From the IMG/VR virus record IMGVR_UViG_3300027513_000011, positions 64,001 through 81,989 of that record: DNA of 17,989 nucleotides. One strand, written 5' to 3'. Each line of letters starts with the position of its first letter. Position 1 is the first letter of the stretch. Under the pieces are notes generated by a model. It saw nothing but the letters and a program-made list of their open reading frames with translations, was not told the origin of the DNA and ran no database searches. Source of the stretch: a virus. Lineage: Duplodnaviria > Heunggongvirae > Uroviricota > Caudoviricetes. Positions 13,387 through 17,989 of the stretch are shown here, piece by piece. The position numbers were made by a program, and so were the translations under genes.

Positions 13387-13605
13387 TCAACCTAGCTTTC
13401 TTAGTTCGTACCAAACAACAGTTACGGCACCAAGTGTAAGTAGAACTGATAGAACTCCGAAAGCAGTGATGAATCCGTAAGTGTTGTGTGTCCAAATTAA
13501 AAGGGCAAGCGCACCCATGATGCCTGACAGTGTGGCTATGACGCTCAAAAGCCACAGGGCAACTATGGCTAGGGATTGGAACCAAAGCACGATATCGTCT
13601 TTCAT
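13387..13605 (-). CDS. Two-TM membrane protein (72 aa)
   Basis: Two long hydrophobic helices; ATGA-coupled; locally lower GC. Confidence 0.8.
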   Translation of the reverse strand: MKDDIVLWFQSLAIVALWLLSVIATLSGIMGALALLIWTHNTYGFITAFGVLSVLLTLGAVTVVWYELRKLG

Positions 13606-13802
13606 GCGATCCCCTCGAAAGGGTCGGCCGGACGCTCGTTGACCAGCTTCACGACATCAAGCACCACGACGGGCCATCCCACAATGGGAAGCTCATCACG
13701 AAAGGCTTGCATCACTTGGAAAGGTGACACGGGCCTTTCTCTGTTGTGGTTGGGGAACGCTGCCGCCATGCGCACCGCCCTCTCCATCTCGTTCTCAGCC
13801 AT
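13602..13802 (-). CDS. Hypothetical protein (66 aa), first gene downstream of P13857
   Basis: GAGGGAG RBS; directly downstream of the promoter. Confidence 0.75.
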   Translation of the reverse strand: MAENEMERAVRMAAAFPNHNRERPVSPFQVMQAFRDELPIVGWPVVVLDVVKLVNERPADPFEGIA

Positions 13803-13828
13803 CTTCTCCCTCGTTTCTGTCTCGGACC

Positions 13829-13857
13829 AGCGTACTACACCTTGCGGGCCGCGTCAA
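13829..13857 (-). promoter_or_regulatory. sigmaA-type promoter TTGACG-N17-TACGCT
   Basis: Minus strand TTGACG (13857-13852), cggcccgcaaggtgtag, TACGCT (13834-13829); shares an exact 16-mer with P7711. Confidence 0.8.
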
Positions 13858-13863
13858 GTCACG

Positions 13864-14001
13864 CTATGACCACCAGTACCCGCATAGCCGATGAGTCCAC
13901 CACCAGCGACGAGCATCCCAGCTCCCTCGCCAAGTCGCGTACGAGTTCTCCGTACAGCGCTCACCTTCCTTGACATTGCATTTCCATCGCATCTGCGTCA
14001 T
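13864..14001 (-). CDS. Trp-rich Cys/His micro-protein (45 aa), not in ORF track
   Basis: MTQMRWKCNVKEGERCTENSYATWRGSWDARRWWWTHRLCGYWWS*; ATGA-coupled; ends 7 nt before the promoter -35. Confidence 0.6.
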   Translation of the reverse strand: MTQMRWKCNVKEGERCTENSYATWRGSWDARRWWWTHRLCGYWWS

Positions 14002-14330
14002 GTCAGTTCCTCTGCCGGCGTGCCCCATTCCTCCATACTCTTGTGCCCCTCGACCACCGCCCCTACCGCGCTCTCCGTCTCATCGCCCCATGAGGTACCC
14101 ATCTCGACGTTGCCCATGTACTCGTTGACCGCCGCGATCATCTCGGGCTCGAACTCGATTGTTGCCGGATCCCCGCCCAACCTGTACACCCAGACGTGGA
14201 AGTCTGTCACCAGCTCGGGAGGCATCGTGGAAGTGGCGGCTACGAAAGGCCGAGCCTCCCACATATCCTCCGGTGTCCATCGCACCAGTGGCGGCTTCTC
14301 CAGGGCCGGGTCGTCAAACCTGTAGGCCAT
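13998..14330 (-). CDS. Hypothetical acidic protein (110 aa)
   Basis: GAGGA RBS; coding-like composition. Confidence 0.75.
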   Translation of the reverse strand: MAYRFDDPALEKPPLVRWTPEDMWEARPFVAATSTMPPELVTDFHVWVYRLGGDPATIEFEPEMIAAVNEYMGNVEMGTSWGDETESAVGAVVEGHKSMEEWGTPAEELT

Positions 14331-14511
14331 CTACGTCCTCTTCCGCTGGCTCCCACGTCCATACGCGGTAGTACCGGCACTCCATAGGCTTACCATCATC
14401 GTCATTGTCCCAATCAACGGTGTCCTCAAAGTCGATCTGGGCAACAGAACAAGTCGGCCCGAGCCATCGCTCCAGGGTTTCTCGATCGTAATCAGAGGTT
14501 GGTGTCGTCAT
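14314..14511 (-). CDS. Hypothetical acidic protein (65 aa)
   Basis: Start moved to MTTPTSDYD (ATG 14511) after AAGGAG. Confidence 0.7.
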   Translation of the reverse strand: MTTPTSDYDRETLERWLGPTCSVAQIDFEDTVDWDNDDDGKPMECRYYRVWTWEPAEEDVDGLQV

Positions 14512-14536
14512 GGTCACTCCTTCACTCTCGTCACGC

Positions 14537-14845
14537 TCAGAACGTCTCTTCCCTATCGTCCGTATCAACGTAGACCTTGCGCCATTCCCTGTCAGAGCAA
14601 TCGCGCCATTCCCTGTCAGAGCAATCGTTAACCCCATATCCATACGGGTCAGTGGTCCTGCCATGAATCTCGCCGTGGGCATCGCACCACACATACCTAT
14701 CAGCCCGTCGTTTGTACCTCATAATCAACCCTCTCTCTTCAATGGAACGCATCTCTAGCCACTCTGCAAAGGTGAGAAGAGCTTCACCTATCTGAATCCT
14801 GCCGTCCACCCACATACCGTAGTGGGACAACTGGTCGAACCCCAT
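14537..14845 (-). CDS. Hypothetical protein (102 aa) with CDAHGEIH motif and an internal 8-aa duplication
   Basis: GAGGA RBS; DCSDREWR occurs twice; possible internal start at 14722. Confidence 0.7.
   Translation of the reverse strand: MGFDQLSHYGMWVDGRIQIGEALLTFAEWLEMRSIEERGLIMRYKRRADRYVWCDAHGEIHGRTTDPYGYGVNDCSDREWRDCSDREWRKVYVDTDDREETF
14579..14627. repeat. Perfect 24-bp tandem duplication (in frame)
   Basis: CGCCATTCCCTGTCAGAGCAATCG at 14580-14603 and 14604-14627. Confidence 0.95.
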
Positions 14846-14849
14846 GAGA

Positions 14850-15116
14850 TCAATTCCTCACTTTCGTCACGCTCGTCACGTCCCATCCTGTCACCGCCAT
14901 GCACCTGCGCACCTGATCTCGACTCAACGCCTCGTGCGCCGTCGCCGCCTCCACCAGCATCTCCGCTATTGGCACCGAAGCCATCGGTAGGGTGAAGCGC
15001 ACCCGCCACCGGGTAGGGGGAGGCTCAGTCTTGGCGCCGGCCATGAGCCTGTTGAGATCCCCCCACCATCGCGCGGTACGCTCATCGGCACCGCGCGATG
15101 GCAGAGAGAAGGTCAT
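14850..15116 (-). CDS. Hypothetical protein (88 aa)
   Basis: GGGAGG RBS; the ATG abuts the upstream TGA. Confidence 0.7.
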   Translation of the reverse strand: MTFSLPSRGADERTARWWGDLNRLMAGAKTEPPPTRWRVRFTLPMASVPIAEMLVEAATAHEALSRDQVRRCMAVTGWDVTSVTKVRN

Positions 15117-15176
15117 TCAGCCTCCCTTGTTACAGACGAAGCAAGTGTCGTAGTGGTCACGAACAGTGAGCACCAT
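15117..15176 (-). CDS. 19-aa mini-gene (H-x3-C-x2-C), not in ORF track
   Basis: GGGAGG-N8-ATG; MVLTVRDHYDTCFVCNKGG*; flanked by the identical 12-mer AGGGAGGCTGAA. Confidence 0.55.
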   Translation of the reverse strand: MVLTVRDHYDTCFVCNKGG

Positions 15177-15180
15177 TCTT

Positions 15181-15759
15181 TCAGCCTCCCTGACTCGTCG
15201 CCTCGCACAGAGCGTTGCCGTCAGCGTCCTCACCGATCTTGTTCTGACCGTTCGGGCAGTCCACGGTACCGGGCTGGCCGGGGATCGTGGTCGTGGTCAC
15301 TGACGGCGGCTCAGGACACTCAACCTTGTCGCAGCCGTCGATGGGTGGCCGCGGCGGTCCCGTTGTCGTGGTCGTCTCCTCGGGAGGCTCAGTCGTGGTC
15401 GGCGGCACAGTAGTACCTCCGTCGCACCCGTAGCCTTGACCGATGCCGCTGTCCACCACCACGCCGTTGTGCAGCGCACGCCACACTTCGCCGTCGCCGG
15501 GCGCCGGGCTTGGGTCGCGTGCTAGTTGGTGGTCGCTGGTGAGCCCACTAGACACGAGCACCTGCCCGTTGCGCTCGATCTCCACCGTGTACTCGCCGCG
15601 GTTCTCCGCGGGGAACACGATGAGGGTACCGACCTGGCCGGCACCCGAGATCGCACACTCCTGCGTCCTGAACCCACCCGCACCCAACGCAGCGGTGCCG
15701 ATGAGCGCCAGTGACACCCCGAGCACCCCCGCACAGATTCGTCCTAGATATCGTTTCAC
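15181..15759 (-). CDS. Secreted protein (192 aa) with Pro/Thr-rich linkers and six mature-region Cys
   Basis: Signal peptide MKRYLGRICAGVLGVSLALIGTAALGA (GTG 15759; alternative GTG 15768); TTVPPTTTEPPEETTTTTGPP linker; own promoter. Confidence 0.8.
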   Translation of the reverse strand: MKRYLGRICAGVLGVSLALIGTAALGAGGFRTQECAISGAGQVGTLIVFPAENRGEYTVEIERNGQVLVSSGLTSDHQLARDPSPAPGDGEVWRALHNGVVVDSGIGQGYGCDGGTTVPPTTTEPPEETTTTTGPPRPPIDGCDKVECPEPPSVTTTTIPGQPGTVDCPNGQNKIGEDADGNALCEATSQGG

Positions 15760-15791
15760 TATTCCCACTACCCTTTCGGTTGTCTAGTCTC

Positions 15792-15821
15792 ATTGTACCA
15801 CGTCGTCCCCTACGCTGTCAC
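15792..15821 (-). promoter_or_regulatory. sigmaA-type promoter GTGACA-N18-TACAAT with extended -10 (TGn)
   Basis: Minus strand GTGACA (15821-15816), gcgtaggggacgacgtgg, TACAAT (15797-15792); shares an exact 15-mer with P17535. Confidence 0.75.
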
Positions 15822-16492
15822 CCCCCTTCTACCACCCACCCGGCAGCCTGTAACACCGTGTTGACTGGAGACGTTCGCGGAAACTCCAAGAGATCGGCTA
15901 GCGCGCTCAAGGCTTCCTCGGTCGGGTACTTAGTCTCGCCGTAGAACCCCCAACACGAATCCATGACCTCCCACGTCTCGCGCGTATGACCGTTGTCGCC
16001 GGTCCATGAAACCAGCTCCTCGACGGCCCACCCGTATACCTCACCCTCGCAGTAGGCGCGCCATTCGTTCATGTTGACGATACTGATCTCGTCACCCTTG
16101 GCCCGCACACTGGCAAGGTGCTCGTCCGTAAGCCCCATCTTCTCCCGCCAGTCGGCGGGGTCGAAGCTCACATAGTTCATCTCGCCTTGGTACATGCCCG
16201 GCGCGTACCATTCGACCTCTGTTACCCCGTGGAAGAGGCGCAGGTATCGCTCAAAGGCTTCCCCGCGATCGGCCCGCTCCTGGAAGTGCTCGAATGCCTC
16301 GATGATGCGCGGGTGGATCTTGTAGCTGGTCCCGGTCCCGCCCTGTTCCACGTCCAGGCGCCCGCCGTAGGGGCTGAAACTGTAGGCCAGGATGGGGCTC
16401 GCCCCGTCGTCGTAGGGCTCCTCTGGGTACTCGTCTCGGATCAGCTTGGCGCGGTACTTGCCGGCCGTGCCGATAATCTCATAGTCCGCCAT
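15818..16492 (-). CDS. Conserved-type phage hypothetical protein (224 aa) with GEVYGW...DSCWGFYG motif
   Basis: GAGAGG RBS; the motif is recalled from uncharacterised early phage proteins and was not verified by search. Confidence 0.8.
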   Translation of the reverse strand: MADYEIIGTAGKYRAKLIRDEYPEEPYDDGASPILAYSFSPYGGRLDVEQGGTGTSYKIHPRIIEAFEHFQERADRGEAFERYLRLFHGVTEVEWYAPGMYQGEMNYVSFDPADWREKMGLTDEHLASVRAKGDEISIVNMNEWRAYCEGEVYGWAVEELVSWTGDNGHTRETWEVMDSCWGFYGETKYPTEEALSALADLLEFPRTSPVNTVLQAAGWVVEGG

Positions 16493-16703
16493 GCGTTTCC
16501 TCTCTGCTCGTGATCGTCACAAACACGTCCGCGCCCTCCTCAAGCGCCCAAGCTATCCGCTCGATCGTGTAGGTAAAGGGGCAGTCCCCGCGGGATTCCA
16601 CGAAGGCATCAAGCGCCCGTGCATCCTGGGGGGACACTGACGCCGGCCCCATACGCACGGGGGAAGCCCCGCTAGTGTCGTCGTAACCAATAGTGCCCAT
16701 CAT
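16479..16703 (-). CDS. Hypothetical protein (74 aa)
   Basis: Start MMGTIGYDD (ATG 16703) after GAGGAGG. Confidence 0.7.
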   Translation of the reverse strand: MMGTIGYDDTSGASPVRMGPASVSPQDARALDAFVESRGDCPFTYTIERIAWALEEGADVFVTITSREETHGGL

Positions 16704-16717
16704 GTTCCGCTCCTCCT

Positions 16718-17242
16718 CTATGCCCAATGGTAGGGCACGCTCGATACCGGCAGACTCGCCAGCCAGTCGATAACCTCGGCCGGCACTTCCTCGAACAGCC
16801 AAGCCGAGCCGTAACTGTAGCCCGTCTCCGGGTCCGGCTGTAGGCCCGCACTGGTGAGCTCGTCTTTCGTCCATGTGTAATGGTCTACGGGGTAGCCGGG
16901 GAACGTCAGCCCGCGCATATGTTCCATCTGGGCCGGCGTGCCCGCTCGGAGATCGTTAAGGTGCCAGCGCTTCCAGACGTCGCGCAGCTTGCGCACCTGG
17001 CGCCGGTCAAGGTCCCCGCTCGCCAGCTCTTCTAGGTATTCGTCGGTCCAGCTCATGTGAATCTGGCCGCAACCGCCCCGAGCATCGCCGTTAGCCTTCG
17101 GTCCCTCTACCCCTGTGAGACTTAGCCGCTCCCCGTCAAACTTGATAGACACGAATACCCGCACCTGGCCCGAGCCTCGATCCATAAACTCATCATATGA
17201 GCCTACGAACACGACCTTGTTAATGGTGTCCTGGTCGCTCAT
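16718..17242 (-). CDS. Conserved-type phage hypothetical protein (174 aa) with WKRWHLNDL...YSYGSAWL motif
   Basis: ATGA-coupled; the motif is recalled from uncharacterised phage proteins and was not verified by search. Confidence 0.8.
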   Translation of the reverse strand: MSDQDTINKVVFVGSYDEFMDRGSGQVRVFVSIKFDGERLSLTGVEGPKANGDARGGCGQIHMSWTDEYLEELASGDLDRRQVRKLRDVWKRWHLNDLRAGTPAQMEHMRGLTFPGYPVDHYTWTKDELTSAGLQPDPETGYSYGSAWLFEEVPAEVIDWLASLPVSSVPYHWA

Positions 17243-17472
17243 CGTTGGGTCACAATCTCGTAAAGCGTCTCACCGGCCGCACCCAGAACCTCTAGCCGTA
17301 GGGTACCGTCTGCCTTGGCGAAGCCCCAGACCCGCACAGGGAGCGTAACCTCCCCGTCATTCCTCATGTAGACGTTGAGCTCAAACCCTCCCTCTTTGCT
17401 CTGTGGCCCGCCCTCTAGCCGGGTTTGCCGGCCGTCAATCTTCCCGCTGATCCAGTAGTTTCTAACCGCCAT
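17239..17472 (-). CDS. Hypothetical phage protein (77 aa; IDGR....GGP..K.GGF motif)
   Basis: Start moved to MAVRNYWI (ATG 17472) after AGAGGG, because the track start at 17508 lies inside the promoter -10. Confidence 0.75.
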   Translation of the reverse strand: MAVRNYWISGKIDGRQTRLEGGPQSKEGGFELNVYMRNDGEVTLPVRVWGFAKADGTLRLEVLGAAGETLYEIVTQR

Positions 17473-17506
17473 GACTCGCCGCCCTCTCTGTTGACTCTGC
17501 CCGATC

Positions 17507-17535
17507 ATTGTACCACGTCACCCGCACACTGTCAA
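17507..17535 (-). promoter_or_regulatory. sigmaA-type promoter TTGACA-N17-TACAAT with extended -10 (TGn)
   Basis: Minus strand TTGACA (17535-17530), gtgtgcgggtgacgtgg, TACAAT (17512-17507). Confidence 0.85.
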
Positions 17536-17555
17536 GCCCTAACCTTACGCCGGTC

Positions 17556-17726
17556 CTAGGACTCCTCGCGGTCGTCTACGCCCCGAGGCCAAGAGCACTC
17601 GGTGCTCGCGCTGTCGCTGTCCAGGAGACGACCGCACCGGGAACAAGATTCTATCCCGGTATGGTCGTAGCGCCGCCATACGTGTATATTCATCCCGCCG
17701 AGATTGTAGGTTATGGGTACGCTCAC
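17556..17726 (-). CDS. Small putative Zn-binding protein (56 aa)
   Basis: GTG 17726 after GGAAAGG, overlapping an upstream TGA; HVW...CSRCG...C. Confidence 0.65.
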   Translation of the reverse strand: MSVPITYNLGGMNIHVWRRYDHTGIESCSRCGRLLDSDSASTECSWPRGVDDREES

Positions 17727-17761
17727 ACTGCCACCTTTCCCGCCATCTCTACCGGCACGTT

Positions 17762-17821
17762 CGCCAGGTAGATCGGCACGTCCGCGCGCACCGGATGGAA
17801 GCCGAGCTTGAGCGCCTTGCC
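17762..17821 (-). other. Short segment resembling an actinobacterial LLM-class F420-dependent oxidoreductase
   Basis: GKALKLGFHPVRADVPIYLA resembles the GKALKLxxHPxRxxIPIYLA segment I recall from this enzyme family; only 20 aa, not verified by search. Confidence 0.45.
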
Positions 17822-17989
17822 GGTGCCGACGGCGATGACATCGACCTTGCAGTCGTTGGCCGACTCGAAGGGGGGGAGGAGGACCTTGAGGAGCCCCGAA
17901 TCCTGGGTGGAGGTGGTGGTGGACATTTTCAGCCGCTCTTCCGCCGATGCGGCCTGGCAAAAGAGGGAGAGGGCGGCCAAGGTAATTGT
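17801..17989 (-). pseudogene. tupA: Truncated fragment of tungstate ABC transporter substrate-binding protein (signal peptide end plus first ~50 mature residues)
   Basis: ...FCQAASA|EERLKMSTTTSTQDSGLLKVLLPPFESANDCKVDVIAVGTGKALKLG matches the TupA N-terminus (TTTSTxxSGLL...PxFE...VxVIAVGTGxALxLG). The expected continuation (ExGDVDVxxVHA) is absent. Confidence 0.85.

Larger units (their letters stand above)
1..17760. mobile_element. Tailed phage / prophage genome segment (end of tail module plus early/replication arm), probable Actinomycetota host
   Basis: Dense co-oriented small ORFs joined by ATGA/GTGA/TGATG overlaps; tail-fibre-like gene; WhiB, XRE and RHH regulators; helicase; no housekeeping operon. 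WhiB proteins are characteristic of Actinomycetota and their phages. Confidence 0.9.

Noticed and set aside
13373-13389. AGTGGTCA direct repeat at the start of the 164-aa gene
   Set aside because: It is a 9-nt-period micro-duplication (LTT/MTT) that only makes the start codon ambiguous; too short to imply function.
17508-17771. Plus-strand 87-aa ORF at the right end
   Set aside because: It runs antisense across a consensus promoter and a coupled minus-strand gene, with no RBS.
17801-17989. tupA as a phage auxiliary metabolic gene or evidence of the integration host
   Set aside because: The gene is truncated after ~50 mature residues at a 21-nt microhomology, and its apparent taxonomy conflicts with WhiB; a chimeric assembly is more likely until reads are checked.

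Overview
This window is part of a GC-rich tailed-phage (or prophage) genome, most likely with an Actinomycetota host: it encodes a WhiB-family regulator and has sigmaA-type promoters. Bases 1-1537 are the end of a rightward, probably virion/tail, operon: a 5'-truncated tail-fibre-like gene and an acidic protein with eleven 22-aa repeats. Bases 1529-17760 are a tightly coupled, mostly leftward early/replication arm of about 45 genes. These include a DinG/XPD-family helicase, WhiB, an XRE HTH protein, two RHH-like regulators, a possible SSB, and many small Cys/His, membrane and secreted proteins, served by five near-consensus leftward promoters. A two-gene rightward island (7813-8927) interrupts this arm. 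Its large gene contains an 18-bp inverted repeat, and it is followed by a 93-nt intergenic region with two hairpins whose loops are perfectly complementary over 8 nt, a candidate kissing-loop RNA. Several real-looking micro-ORFs fall below the 60-aa cutoff of the ORF track. The last ~230 bp are non-phage: a tungstate-binding protein (TupA) fragment joined through a 21-nt shared word to an LLM-oxidoreductase-like fragment, probably an assembly chimera. I found no CRISPR array, tRNA, integrase or transposase. All family assignments come from motif recognition by eye; no database search was run.
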